64,000 nt of DNA from Trichodelitschia bisporula (lineage: Eukaryota), in assembly GCA_010356995.1 (NCBI GenBank), contig ML996701.1, positions 1 to 64,000 on the forward strand, read 5' to 3'. A program made the translations under genes and the position numbers. Shown in pieces: positions 48,121-61,800 of the stretch (within the stretch, counting starts at the first letter, position 1; the number at the start of each line of letters is the position of its first letter). The notes under the pieces are model-generated. The model made no database searches. It was given only the letters and a program-made list of their open reading frames with translations, and was not told the DNA's origin.

Positions 48121-49632
48121 TACGAGGGACAGCTCGCTGCTGCGCTACCGGACGAAGCATCTAGCATGCAGTCAGTCAGCAAGTGGTAGCGGCAAGCAGT
48201 GGCAGGGGGACGCAACGATATGCACGACCCCTCAGATCCTGCACCAGGGCCAAACACGATGTGTGGCGTGCAGAAAATTATTTTCGGTAGTCATTTCGGA
48301 AAGGGACATTCGGTGTCTGTTTGGCTGGAGGAAGTGGGGTTGCTGGAGGTTGGAGAGAGCTGGAGGAGTGAGGTTGTCGAAGTCGCAGCATCACTCCGTC
48401 CTCAATTCGGCCTAGGCAGGGGCTTGGCGGGCGGACACAGCTAGGGCCTGAAAGTGAAAAAGGTCAAGCGGGAACGTCAGTTCCATCTCCATCTCGCCAT
48501 TCTCTTCCAATCGAGTGCAAAACTTCCTCTCTCCTTTCCAAGTGACCCGTGACCGTGCGTGTCGACCCATATATATCCGATATATCCGATTTCTCCTACG
48601 TCATTTCGTGGTGTTCCCCTCAGTCTATCGACGCCCATATCCTGTCGTGGCTGTCTATACGCGTCTGCCGCCCGCCCCAACGCCCTACTTTGACGCCGAC
48701 CTCCCAGTTGGGTTCGTCTTCTGGTAAAACGTACGATGTGCTTTCTTTTGAACTGCTAACCTCTTCCTTCCTTGGCTGTCTTCGGCAGCGTGGACGGTGC
48801 TAAGAGTGTTGATGCAGGGTGACCAACCGTTGCGCACTTCGGCGGGACGCCGCACGCTTTTTGGGAAGCCGGTCTCATCTCATCCAGTCTGATCTCGTCC
48901 ACTCGCAGTACCCTGATCTGTCGTCCACGTCGCGTGGCCAGCCTGATGATCCATGCTTATCGATTTGCTTTTTCCTGGCTGCACGTTGCTTGTCCGCCAT
49001 GTCGTGCTCCACGGACATCAACCGCACGTCTCACATGTGGACGGAGCTTTCGATCGCAACACCGGCTGATGGCACTCGGCTAGACACCCTACGGCTCCCC
49101 CCAGTAGCCATTATCGGTGCTTGGTGTTGTTGACAAAAATGATGGCGGATTCGGAGTTGCAAACTCAGAGTGAGACAAGGCTGAGGCGGAGTGCGCGCAC
49201 CACCTGCATCTCTACGCCTGGCGCTGAAGACTCGGCTCCAAAATAAGCTCCCTTATTGCTCACTCGCTGAACCCAAGGCACCTCTCACAGGCCGGTCTCA
49301 ATATTCCCGGCTCGTTGGGTTGATGATCCTGCCTTTGCCTGTTACGCGAGCCTTCAGCGGCGAGTCCCAGGCAAAGGTTGATGAACTCTCCATGTCGGCT
49401 GCGAGTTCAAAGAAAGAAGCCGGCCGATCATCTCAACGCAGACAACCTTTATCCCGTACCTCACGCGTGTTCTACGGTAAAGTCAGTCCCGACAGTCCAC
49501 GTCCAGCGCTGAGCCTTGTGCATTGAGGCCCATCTGGACTACCCCGCCTTCGTCTGGACGCGGTTTCCCGCAATCCACCTCACAACCACAACCGCAGCTC
49601 TAACGCTTGTTCAACAGTAAAATCGTGTATGA

Positions 49633-51993
49633 ATGGGCATCGGCAGGAGAATCTCCAAGCTCATGGACCTCCACAACAGTCGAAGCCGGGCACCACCCCA
49701 TTCTGATCTACTCTTTGAAGATCCGCGGCCGCCGCCCACTCCCCCATATCGGCCACCTCAGCCAGATAGCTCTGCCCCTGCATCTCATCTGGATACCCTA
49801 AATCCTAGGCCTCATCCCCCAAATATGCCCAGAGTTACAGGGCCAGCACCTCCGAAGTCTGTCTGGGACAGCTCGCCGGGTCAGGCCGAGTCATACTTTC
49901 TTCGGTACTTTGGCCCCAGCGACGACGTGCTTGAGGGCAAGCAGCCACCCGTTCTTGTGGTAGGTCGTGTGGGCAAAGATAACATCTATATCACATATTA
50001 ATGCGCCTAGGACCGAGATGATGATTTCATCCACCGTCTCAGCGGTGCCCTTGTCGAGTTCGACCCTCAAGCCCGCGTCGTCAAAATTTCACTTGAATCC
50101 GACTTCTCCGAGGCATTCATCACTCGCCTGCCTTGGGGCAGCACTCCCATGTCTGTGGCTGCGGACGTGCGCTCCCTGGGCCTCAAGATCGCACCGGACT
50201 GTGTGGAGATATCGTCGGCGGGCATAGCCACCGTTCGCGTTCGCAATCCGAACTTTGCAACACTGCTGTACTCGCGGCTTGACTCTATGCCCAAGGAGCG
50301 CCACTGGTTAGTCGCTGCCGAGGTGCCTCCGCCGCCGTTGTCTGAGCCCGACCTGCCGCGCATCGAGTCTTTGAAGCTCCTATGCTCGTGGGCCAAACCT
50401 GTCCGCCATGTCGACTTGTACTTCATACGCCAGGACCTCCCCGAAGAGCTGTGCTTCATGATTACTGTTGGATTGATCCGAATCCGTGATAAAGTCGTCA
50501 CGGCCAGCTTCGGAGGGCAGAGCGAAGCTGACGGAGACCTTTTCAATTCTTGGCTAATACTATGGAATGTCCCCTTCGACACGACTGAGGACGACATCAA
50601 ACAGGCCCTCCCACCGGACCACCAACCTAACAAGATGTACTTCTCAGATCCGACCTATCAGATCAACCAGGAACTAATCAAGCTGGAGGTGAACAATATC
50701 CTGGAACAGAAGAGTGGCCCTGAGAGGCTCCGGTGGGAATGTGACTCGAGGTACTGGGCACTCGTGCAGTACAACAACGAGAGGGATTTACGACACGCTC
50801 AGGAAGAGCTCCGCAGCGCGCTCACGCATTTCTCTGATATTGATTTGAACACCCAGGTATTCCACAGCATCAAGTTCCAAGTGTCCGCCAGCATGTTCGC
50901 CGCAGTGCGTTCCCAACTCCGCGCCGAGAGCGCCAATTGGGCCCCGGGACTCGAGTTCAATATGTCCAGCTACGCTGAAGCGGCGCAGTCACCCCGCATC
51001 CTGCAGCTGGGGAGCCTAGACCGCGCATGCCTTGCCGCGATCAAGGGCCGCATAGAAACCATTCTCGCCGGCACCGTCCTCGCTACTGGAGACGGAATCC
51101 CCCTCTGGGCTCCCCATGGCATCTTCACGGCCCTCCAGAAACTCAGCTTCGATCACCCGGTCCTCATCACGCGTAACAAGCGCAAGTCTGAGCTGCGATA
51201 CTTCGGCCGCCCCGATGCTTTCTCCGACGCTGTCGTTGCCGTGGCTTCAGCGCTTGAAATCGATATCCCGCCAGCTTATCCCCTGGCCATTCATCCCAAA
51301 CTCCTCCCCACCATATGCCCCGTGTGCACTTCGCCGGCCGAGGACGTTTTGCACACTCTCTGTGGACACGTCTATTGCAGAGACTGCTTTGAGAATCTCT
51401 GCTCCAACGGAGGCGGAGAGGCGGACGACTACGACGTGGAGTGTGTCGGGGACGAGGGGAAATGCGGGACGATTTTCACGCTCGCCGAGATGAAAGAGCA
51501 CCTTCCCGCGGACAAGCTGACCGAGGTGCTGGAGAAGAGTCTGGCGAAGTATGTGTCGAACCGGCCGCGCGGGCTGAAGTACTGCCCCACGCCGGATTGT
51601 GGGTTTCTTCACCGGGCTAGTGCGCGGATACGGATATCCAAGTGTGGCGGGTGCACGAAGGACATTTGCACCGCGTGTTTTGGGCCCGGGGATGGGCATG
51701 CGGGGAGGACGTGTGCGGAGTGGAAGGACGAGCGGGGGGGTGGGTACGTCGCCTTGCAGCGGGCGAAGAAGAATCTGGGGATTAAGGACTGTCCGCGGTG
51801 TTCGACGCCCATTGAGAAGGTGGATGGATGCAACAATATTCAGTGCTTGGGATGTCGGGCGTATATTTGCTGGGTGTGCGTTACTGACTGGAGGGGGAAT
51901 GCGGAGGTTTATGAGCATTTGAATGTTGCGCATGGAGGTAATGGGCTAGTTTTCCGTGGTCCTCGAGTCCCCGTTCCTGGCCAGGCGATATAA
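49633..51993 (+). CDS. RBR (RING1-IBR-RING2) E3 ubiquitin ligase with N-terminal RRM-like region
   Basis: CPVC..CGHVYCRDC, YCPTPDC..CGGC..C..C..H..C, KDCPRC..IEKVDGCNNIQC; in-frame 51-bp intron 49960-50010; start uncertain. Confidence 0.88.
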
Positions 51994-52490
51994 TCCTTTG
52001 GGGGGTAATGGTATTGGGAGCGGTTAACGGTATTGATGAGGGGTGATGATTACGAGGTATGTGGGACATGGTATGGATAAATGCTAGGTAATGAGGGTCA
52101 TCGGGCGTTAGGGAGGTGATGAATATATGAATGATGGTGCTTCTAATTCGAAAGGCGCCTTCGGGTGGTTTTGGCATTTTTTTCCGTGCTCGAGCTTTGC
52201 TGCTATCGATCGAGCCCGTCTGTAGTCATGAGTAGCTTGAATTTCGTGCTTGAACATCTCCAACTCCACTCGCACATCTCTCCCAAGTGTACCGCATCAA
52301 AGCTAGCAATTAGTGTTAGTAACGGCCACTATGAGGCTAACATGTGACAATATCTATTTACATACCAAGGAACCACGCACTGTGGAAACCTTTTCATTCA
52401 GCATTGCCCGTCCATGCCATCTAATGCATCAAAACAACCATAATACCGCCATGCAGCACAGCTATCATCCCCATCATTCAATCCCGCCCA

Positions 52491-53387
52491 TCATTCCGTC
52501 TTCTCCTCCCCCTCCCCCTCCCCCTCCGGCCAAGTAAATATTTTCAACCCATGAAACGCCATATCCTCCTCCGGCGCCGGCCAATCCGCCACCCTACTCC
52601 CCTCAAGAAAACCCCTCATACACCCAAGCACCTCCCGCACCCCCACCGTCACCCCCTCGACCTCCACCTCCCCATCCAGCGGCCCATACACACCCGACTC
52701 AACCCTCTCCATTACCTCCCTTATATCCAGACACACCACCGCCTTCGGCCTCCCCCTCCCTTCCGCCTCCCACCACCGTGGCAGAACCTGGGTCAGCATA
52801 ACCGCCCACCCCAAAAACGGCGCGTACACCACGCTGCCCTCCCCGATCTCAGCCGTTATCCCCGGCGCGTCAACAACATCTATCTCTAACGCCTTCAACC
52901 CATCTTTATCCGCCCGCCTAAACGCCGGGTCCTGCGCCACTCGCCGCACCACACCAGTTTTGAAACGGAAGAAGGCCAGAAAGGCAGCGATTTGGGCCTT
53001 GCCCCGCGCGTAGGCGGGGCCGGGGAGCGCGAAGGGGCCGAGGCCGACGCAGGCTGCGCTTGTGATGCCCGAGGGCAGGGGGTAGGGGGAGGGGGGCAGG
53101 GCGGTTAGGCGCGCTATGTAGGTGTTGATGTCGTCGCAGAGGAGCATGAGGTCGTGTGGGGTGAGGGGGAGGTCGGGTTGAGGCTGGGTGGGCATTTGGG
53201 CACGAGCGTGGGGGGGCGCAGACCCCGAGGAGCTGACGAGCGACCAGCCGTCGCCGAGCGAGGTGGTAGTCCGCTTCTGCCGGCGGGGAGGCATATTTTT
53301 GTGCTTTGGCGGTTTGGAAGAGGGAGTGGCATTTTGTGATCCGAGGTATTTTATAGCGGCGTAGTCTATGGTGGGAGCCGGCGCCAT
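52491..53387 (-). CDS. SRR1-domain protein
   Basis: CVGLGPF, AQIAAF, AQDPAF...D...L, VVYAPFL; start could be 53387 or 53294. Confidence 0.65.
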   Translation of the reverse strand: MAPAPTIDYAAIKYLGSQNATPSSKPPKHKNMPPRRQKRTTTSLGDGWSLVSSSGSAPPHARAQMPTQPQPDLPLTPHDLMLLCDDINTYIARLTALPPSPYPLPSGITSAACVGLGPFALPGPAYARGKAQIAAFLAFFRFKTGVVRRVAQDPAFRRADKDGLKALEIDVVDAPGITAEIGEGSVVYAPFLGWAVMLTQVLPRWWEAEGRGRPKAVVCLDIREVMERVESGVYGPLDGEVEVEGVTVGVREVLGCMRGFLEGSRVADWPAPEEDMAFHGLKIFTWPEGEGEGEEKTE

Positions 53388-54039
53388 GATAGGATGGTGG
53401 ATTTGAAGCCTATGTCCCCGTTTGTCGGCTGGCAATGGAGCGTCGCGTATGTGGTGTCTTACCTTCGTTTGTGAAGTCGATGTCGCGAAACGGGCCAAAA
53501 TATGATCCCGGAATATTATTCCCCCGCACTCAATGCCTCGCGCGCTCACGTGCCGTTAGTGAAGTGGAAATAAGCACTTCCAAGCTTCTGCCCTCCCGCC
53601 CGCGCCCTGTGGGGCATCCCGCTCCCGCTGGTGTACCAAAAAGCGCACATAGGGCGTAGTGCCGTATACGCTGTCTTTCCTATTCCCAGCCCCCGCAGCG
53701 GGCCTAAAGGCAGACGTCACGCACGCTGCAGCACCTCGGACCGCATCACTCACCGTCCTGCCGAGCGGGTGGGCTGACGCTCATCTCGCGAACGAATCGG
53801 ACCGACGCAGGCACGCAAGGCAGATTTATCATGTCTGAAGTGATGAAATTGCGGTCTTTCCCTGCAGGTATTCCGGAATAGACTAATTACGCCCCCGTCG
53901 GCCGCTTCCGTTTGGAATCAAGGACTAGCTCTCCCTGGCCGCTTTCTGCCCGCTTGAGAATCCGCTGTAACGCCCCGTTTTGCCAACGCCATGCTCCTGA
54001 AACACGATCCACTCCACACGCCGCAGCCTGTTTGCCCGA

Positions 54040-54909
54040 TTAGAGGAGGAGCGTGAGGGCTGTGGCGCCTAGCGCGGCGCCGAGGAGGGTCCATGATGCG
54101 GCTGGCCCGGACAGGGCGCCGGAGAGCGCTTTCGTCGTGAAGACGTAGTTGACGCCCATGGGGCCGCCTTGGCCGTCGTTACCCGTGCTGTTGAAGCAGT
54201 TGGAGGAGTTGACTGGGGCGACGTCGGCAGGGTCGGCGAAGGTTATGTCGACGCACTAGCGGGGTGTCAGTTCAGCCTCTCTACAAGGTGGGAAATGGGG
54301 GTCGTACGCTGTACAGCGCAGCGCCATGCACCGCCGTCTCAATAACCTGGATAGTCGCATTGTCGCCGACCTTGACGCTCGCGTTCACGGGCAGCGGCAC
54401 CTGCGGGAGGCAGAACGTGCCCGGGTACATCTGGTTCGTGGGGCCGGTCATCTGGAAGACGGGCACCATGGGATTGGAGTAGTTGAGCGGCTCGGTGCCG
54501 AAGCCGAGGTTGATGTAGACGAAGGCGGTTTGGTGGCCGTTGAACCAGCCGGGTTGGAAGGAGATGGCGCCGCCTTTGACGGGCCATTTGGTGCGGTTGC
54601 GCGCGACACCGAGACCGCCGCCTGAAGAGGTGAGTTAGCGACTGTTTGCATTGCGGTTTTGTGAGATGGAGGGTGGAGGGACTCACAGGGATACATCCAC
54701 TGCATGCCGTACGGGTACTCGTATTCTCCGGTCGCATTGTTGAAGTTCTCGCCCAGCGAGCCCGTCGGGATCTGGTCGTCTTGCGTCCGTCCGCTAGTGA
54801 TGAGATTGTTGCCTCGCGAGCCCGGGTAGACGAGGACGAGATGCGCAGACGCGAGGGCGGAGAGGAGGAGCGTGATGAGCAGAGCGCTCAACCGTGATGA
54901 TGAAGCCAT
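54040..54909 (-). CDS. GPI-anchored BIM1/X325-like copper-binding protein
   Basis: Signal peptide then His as first mature residue (HLVLVYP), PCGG, NRTKWP, GTFCLPQV, NATIQVIE, LYSCVDITF, hydrophobic C-terminal tail; two introns. Confidence 0.85.
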
Positions 54910-57389
54910 TATCGATGTGTGTGCAGCTCGATCGAGCCAGAAATCCGATTCCAGGAAAACACAAGAAAGCCCGTCAGTCCAAACTCTTATCGTCGTCGCC
55001 GCTCAACAATTATCGTCGTCGTAAACAACCCTCAAACTCTAGCGTCGTTGATGCCGTCGTCGTCGTCGTCGTCTTGTCGCCGATGTCGTAAAAAACCCGC
55101 TTCCCCTCCCAAGCAACGGGGGGAACCAACTCATTAAAGCATCTCCCCCCCCGTCAGCCGCCCGCCCCGACGCCCGCCGCCCTGACTGGCCACAACCCGG
55201 CGCCGTGATACGCACTCCACGGGCCAATAACACGGCCGCACCGCGCGAGCGCACCAGAAAGCGGTGCGCCGGGCCTGGCGGCGCGCACGCTAATTCGCGG
55301 ATGCAAGCGCTGGGGCTGGTGGGGGGGCGGTTGGGATGTTCCGGGGTGGTGGGGGCGGGGGGGGGGCTGCCGCGCCCGCTCTATCAGCACAACACACTCC
55401 CGGCTCACTCAAATACGGATGTAGTCGAATGCGCGAACCACGAACCCGGCCCGGGCATGGGATTCCATCTTCATGAAATAGATCGTCACCGGGCGCGTCT
55501 GGTCTTGAATCGCGACTACCCGAGAACGGTGTTCGCGCTCCAACCTCTCCTCACCGCACAGCACCAATCCCCGCCCGGTTGCACACCCAGGACCAGACCC
55601 GAGTCACGCCCGTGTACATTCGACCTGCACGCCGGGCCCGCGACCAAGCCGGAGTAGGAACGCGCTCTGCCCAACCAGGCCCCTTGGAGCGGTAGGACCG
55701 ACCCAGGGGGACCGCATGTGGGAGGGGCTACCCCGCACTGCGCGTTGGTGGGCGTGATAGCAACGACGTCGCTTCCAGCGCGAAGGGCGGCGGACGGCGG
55801 CGAGAGTTCGCCGTCGCGCAGTGATGATGAAGCCTTGGTAAGCATTCGACTCGCCTCCAACTCCCCGCTCGCTGCGGGTTCTCCGCATCACGTGATATGC
55901 CGACCTGGATTGAGACATCGTCAGGCAGGCTCCCGGTAATGAGCCTGACGGCACGCCTGCGGGACGCGTACATGTCTCCTTTGAACACGTCGTCGTGCGC
56001 CCCTCCGCCTCGACGCGGTCTCAGTAAGAAAAGTCTTGCAAAATGGCCGTTTCCTCGACCGCCGACCTGCCGTCGTACATGCTGACATAAGCTACGTAAG
56101 CGCTGGCGCTATCGAGTGGGAGGCGGGCGTCGCGGTGCCGTCACATATTGCCATTTTCTTCTCCTTTTTTTTGCGTTGATGTTTTGTTTTGACGTCAGGA
56201 ATGAGGGTGATGGAAGGTGGAGATGGGTGGGAGCGAATCTTGGTTGCGTTTTCAGCCGGTGTTGCGCAGTTGGGGGCCTGATTGTTATGCATCGGGACCG
56301 AATGATGGAGCATTGGGATCACGTGCTCAGCCTCGTGGTGAGTGGAGCGGGAGGGGAAGGGCTTGTTTTTGAGCCGCGAGTATGGCGCTGGCTGTGACAC
56401 TCGGGATTACTGGGCGGTAGGCGACTTCTTCTTGTCGAATCGAAGCATAAATGCAACTACTCCGCTTTTGGGTCTTTTGCTCGTCTTCTGCTACAACGAG
56501 ACAGTTTTGGGGAAGATCGTCGAAGGCAGCGGCTATTCTCACGATGTGCGTTTGAGGCCTGAATCGATGCCCGACTTGCTCTTAAAGCTATTTAGCTGCA
56601 TATAATAAATAGGAAATAGAATGTGATTTGCTGTGGGCGGAAGGTATCGCGCGTCTTGAGGCATCAGCACGGAGCTCCAAACCGTCGATCGGGTTCGCTG
56701 GATTTCGGGCCGGGAATAACCATCCGAATCGAGCCCGAGAGTTGAGATTGGCTGCTTACGTATGGCTTTGCTTACACCTTCGTCCTATCATTTCGGCGTT
56801 TTAGCGACGCCGAAATTCCCGTCCGACTCGGTGAGTTCGGCATGCTGAGGGCTCGGATCCACTCCTGGCTCAAGACGATACATGAATACAAAAAAGGACA
56901 TGACGCAATGGCTTCCCGAAGCCGCAGCGGAATGTCTTATGGAACAATCTCAGCCTAGGCATGGCCTTCCGCTCGGTAGGATTCAAGGCGATGATATACT
57001 GATTTAAAAAAGGAGGACAGATATTCAGCTGAACAATAGGATCGAGAGCATAGATCGAACCGGGCAAATACCCGGCCTGTTGTTCCCCAGCTTTCCATGT
57101 CTGGCATTAAAACTGTACGGACGCACTTGAAATCCTTTTAAACGGCTTGTGATGGACGTGGATGATCTGACCTCACTGAATATAGCGAGTCGTTGGCAGA
57201 AAAGGCTCGCAACTTCAATTCCAACGGGACGTCCTCCGATATGACATCCTCGGTCCGCACCACTCTCAATACACCAGACTTCCTGTCCTTCCCACATCCC
57301 CAAACATCCCCACAGCCGGAATCACCTCACAAGCGCTCCACAGCACTTAAGTCAGAATGGCTCCCAGCAATCTCCCAGCCCTTTCCCCC

Positions 57390-57946
57390 TCACAAAAACT
57401 TCTTCGCCGCCGCCGCCACCCTCGCCCGAAACACAGGACTCCGCACCGGGGCATTGAGCTGATAAAACGGGTTCATAACCGTCTTGACCCACGCATCGTA
57501 CACCTCGAGGAAGAAGTTCTTAGTCGCCTCCTCGACGGCCGGGCTCGTGGGGTTGTAGGCCGCGTAGGTGGAGGCGCGGTTGGAGGATGTGGAGGTGGTG
57601 CGGGCGGGGGCGTGGGTATCCGGGTTGGAGAGGAGGATGAATTTTATGTTGGCGCCGGTGAGGAAGGCGCTGATGTGGTTGTTTTGGAAGCGGTCGAGGG
57701 CTTTGAGGTACCTGGCGCGGGTTAGAGGGGTGGGGGATGGAGGGGACGGAGAGGGACGTACATGGCCCCGCTGCCCCACTGCACTTCTTCGACAATGTCC
57801 AGGCTGCTGTGCACAATGAACTGGTTCAAGTGCCGCTGGTCATCGCGGAAGCGCGACAGGCCGTCGCCGCCGGCTTTGGAGGTACCGAATTCGTGGGTGA
57901 AGATGGGGTTGTCCTTTGTGCCGATTATGGCGAAGTAGAAGGACAT
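57390..57946 (-). CDS. TRS20: TRAPP subunit Trs20 (sedlin/TRAPPC2)
   Basis: MSFYFAIIGTKDNP, LNQFIVHSSLDIVEE, MYLK, FFLEVYDAWVKTVMNPFY; one intron. Confidence 0.95.
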
Positions 57947-58104
57947 TTTGGGCTTTGACGCATCTATGCGCGCTGCTTTGTCGGAGCCCGGGATCGCTGC
58001 TTTCGTGGTGTTGAGGTGCGTGATGTCATGTGACTGTCCCCCCTGTCGCCGGAGGTGCGATCTCTTCTCCGCTGCGGACGGCATCTCAAGGAACGACACG
58101 CACA

Positions 58105-58531
58105 ATGTTTGGCCCATTCCGCCTCACCTCACCCCTTTCAGGCGGTTTGCTTTGGTGAGTGCCCTGCGGGAACTAGGATGAAGCTAATGTGGCTAGGAAA
58201 ATCCCATGGCGCATGTCCCGCCCGCAAAAAGCCCGGCAGCGCGCCCGCCTCCGGCACGTCGATAAAGTGGTCTCCATTGTGGACCAGGCGCTCGCGAAGA
58301 AGGGGACTACGACGGCGGCGGTGGAGCGGTGGAAGGCGGAGATGCCGGTCGAGCAGGAGATGCTGCCGCGAGACAAGTACACCATCTTTGATCGGAAGGA
58401 GAAGAAGTACCGCAAGGGGATTCACAGTGAGTGGTTTGCTTGCCTGGGGCGGGCGGACAAGGGAACTGATGGTGCTAGAATTGCCTAAGTGGACGCGGGT
58501 GTCGCAGCGGTTGAATCCGCCGGGGTATTAA
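58105..58531 (+). CDS. MRPL31: Mitochondrial ribosomal protein L31 (mL60)
   Basis: MFGPFR..GGLLWKIPWRMS..QKARQR, EMLPRDKYTIFDRK..YRKGIHKLPKWTR; two introns. Confidence 0.95.
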
Positions 58532-58814
58532 GGTGTGGGTGTGGTAGAGGTGTACACTATGGCGTTTCGTGGGATCGTGACGTGGGATGTAGACATGCCG
58601 GGAACGGACGAGATATGGGACAATGGAAGTTGTTCTGTTTTCGCTCGTTGCTTCTGCTCTTTGTCTGCTGCTTAGAAACTGAGTCTTCGCGCCGCTTCGC
58701 CGGAGATGATGCATCTCGACTTTTCTCCATCTCCCTCGCTCGCTCCTGTTGCCTTAACTCGCTGCAGATAAAATCGTTACCAACCAGCATCACCACTTTC
58801 ACAGCAGCACCATC

Positions 58815-61800
58815 ATGTCCGGCTATCCAACACCAGACACGGAGCCACGCTTCAAGCCCCCGCCGCGCGGGCTCGGCGAAACCACGCCTGACTCCTCGTC
58901 GTTGAAAGTTCCCGCCTCCACGACGCCGGAGGGAACACCACCCTCCCAAGACCTCCTCTCAGACACCCCGCCAAGCCGCACACTCCTCCCCGCCATGGAC
59001 CTAGACACGCCCCCCTCGCGCAACCCACGCTCTACAACGCCCCTCGACACCCCCCCCTCGCACAACCCCCTCACGAGAACTTCAAAACGGCGCTCCCGCG
59101 GCAAAAAGCGCCCGCCCGCCTCGCCCTCCGACGACTTCGAAGAAACAAACCTACCCGCCTCCAGCGCGCCCGGCATAACCTACACGCCCGCAACCGACCC
59201 GCCGCCCACGCCCACCGTCATCGAAGGGCCCCGCACGCCTCCTATGCCCGCCAAGCTCCGCCCCGAGCCCCCGTTCGCTGACCGTCTCCGACCGGCCCAC
59301 AGCGACACGGCATCGGAGCGCAGCACGCCAAGTCCGCCGCTGAGCGAGGTGAGTACGTTGGAGGATACGCCTTCGCGGTTGGCGCCGGGGGGGGTGTTCA
59401 AGAGGCCTAAGCCGCCGCGGAGTGTGCAGGGTAAGGATGGGAGTCCGAGTCCGTTGAAGAAGGCGGAGCGGCCGAAGAATGACCGGGAACGGACGTGGAA
59501 GAAGAGCTTTGATGATAGTGCTAGTCCTGGGGAAGGGGAAGAGGAGGAGGAGGTGAATGAGACGCCTGCGATGAATGAGGAGGAGCAGAGGGCGTTTACG
59601 GGGTTGTTGCCTAAGCTTATGAGCATGAGTGTTGCCATGCCTACCAAGATGCCGTGGAAGAAGGCGCTGAAGGTGTGGGCGCACAAGCAGCTCCGTATAA
59701 CCGCGATTGGGGACGAGTTTTTGTACCGGTTTGGGTATCAAATGCTTTGCGCGTATGAGTCGGAGTGGAGCAGGCGGGAGGAGGCGAGTCTCAAGTTGAC
59801 AAAGCTGGAGAGGCAGGATCGCACGAAGATGAAGGAGTTCGAGCAGCTGGAGGCGGATAAAGAGATTCAGCTGGAACAGATTGCAGAGCTCAAGAGACAG
59901 AACGCGGATCTGCGGACAAAGAATGCGACGCTTGAAAATAAGCTCGTTCTCGCGCAGGAGAAGATCAACGATTCGCAAAACAACCGCGGCAAGAATATTG
60001 AGGAAGAGGAGGAAGAACAACTGAAGATCGCCCAGCTGACGGAAGAGGTTGAGGCGTCGACGAAGATGAACACCGCCCTCAAGATCGAAATGGCGCACGC
60101 CCTCCGCGCCCGCGCCCGAGCCGAAGACGCAGCAAAGGCCGCCGAAATCCAGGCCGTGACGATGAAGACCCTGGCCCTGCAGTATGGCGAGATGGCCGCG
60201 ACGTACGAGAAGGGCATGGGCATGGTGGAGCTGGCCGACGGACTGGAGGCCGAGTTGCTGGAGCACGGCACGAAGCTGGACGCCTCGCGCCAGGCCGAGC
60301 TGATGTACATGGACGAAATCGACTCGATGAGGGAGAAGAACAATGAGCTGGTTGCCAAGATCGCGGCGCTTCAGGCTGAGAACGAGAACCTGGAGGATCA
60401 TCTGGATGATGAGAAGGCGAAGTTGGTGATTTGCACTCGGCTTCTTGGCGAGGCGCGCAAGGAGCCCGATTTGTCCCTCTCCACGGTGGCGGAGATATCC
60501 ATCAGTCCTCGCGAGGCGGAGCCGCCGTCACGCATTCCGGATACCAGGGACAACGACTCCGACGCCGCCGATCCGGATGGCGGTCCAACCCTCGTCAACG
60601 CGCCGGAACCACCGCCCTTCCAGCCCAGCTCAAAGGGCAAGGCCCCCGTTCAAAAGACCTTCCAAAACAAGGACTCCGCCTCCAACGATCCAGACGGCGG
60701 TCCAACCCTCGTCGACACGCCGGAACCACCGCCCTTCCAGTCTAGCTCAAAGGGCGAGGCCCCCGTTCAAAAGACCGTCCTGTACGGCGATTATTACATC
60801 GCCCGGCATTTAGCAGCCGCTCCCGAACGCATCCGTCTCCGGTATGAAAAAGCAGAGCAGGTCATCGACAAGGAGTTAGCAGGTGCTTCCGAGGCCATCC
60901 GCAACGAGTATAAAAAAACACAGCAGATGATCGTCTTCGCCGAAGCACAACAAGAATTCATCCTCCAACAACTAGACGGCATCCCGGACACCAAGGACAA
61001 CGATTCCGCCTCCAACGATCCAGACGGCGGTCCAACCCTCGTCGACACGCCAGAACCACCGCCCTTCCAGCCTAGCTCAAAGGGCAAGGCCCCCGTTCAA
61101 AATACGTCCAAGTACAGCGAGTGGGTCGCCGCGCAATTAGCAGCCGCTCCCGAGGACATCCGTCTCAAATATGAAAAAGCACAGCAGTTCATCGACAAGG
61201 AGTTAGCAGGTGCTTCCGAGGCTGTCCGCAGCCGTTATAAAAAAGCACAGGAGGCGATCGCCATGGCCGAAGCACACCAAGTATCAATGCTCAAACAACT
61301 GGACGGCATCTCAACCGACCACGACGACCTCCGCACCGCCTTAACTGACCTCCGCAAAGACCGCCAACCGCCGCAAGACCGCCGCAAGGCCGCCGAGCCC
61401 GAACGCCCCAAGCGTGGCATTCTGTGCCCTGGGGATACCATGCAGCAGAACTTGAATCCCGACTCTCGTCCCGACTTTAATACCAGCGACTGGACGCACG
61501 AAGGCAACCTCGAAGAATACGGATTCCCGCCCCAATACCCGCCCATGCCGATTCCCTCCTCTGCCACGAATCCGTCCCCACCCAACGCCGCCCCACCACG
61601 CGCCCCTTCCGCGCCAGCAGAATCATCAAACGCAGCCGGCAAGCGACCCGTCCTCTCTGACTCCATCACCGGGCCCGCCCACCCCCCACCCGCTGACCCC
61701 TCAACCTACCTCCCCGCCGGCCACATCTCGCGCGAAGATTTCATCCGACTGAGCAAGGAACTCGCCACCAGGCCCGACGCGGGCGTCGCGCAGCGCGAGC

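Noticed and set aside
55000..57350. Numerous short ORFs
   Set aside because: Consistent with chance ORFs in GC-rich intergenic DNA; none supported.
59151..60401. 416-aa minus-strand ORF
   Set aside because: Antisense shadow of the coiled-coil gene.
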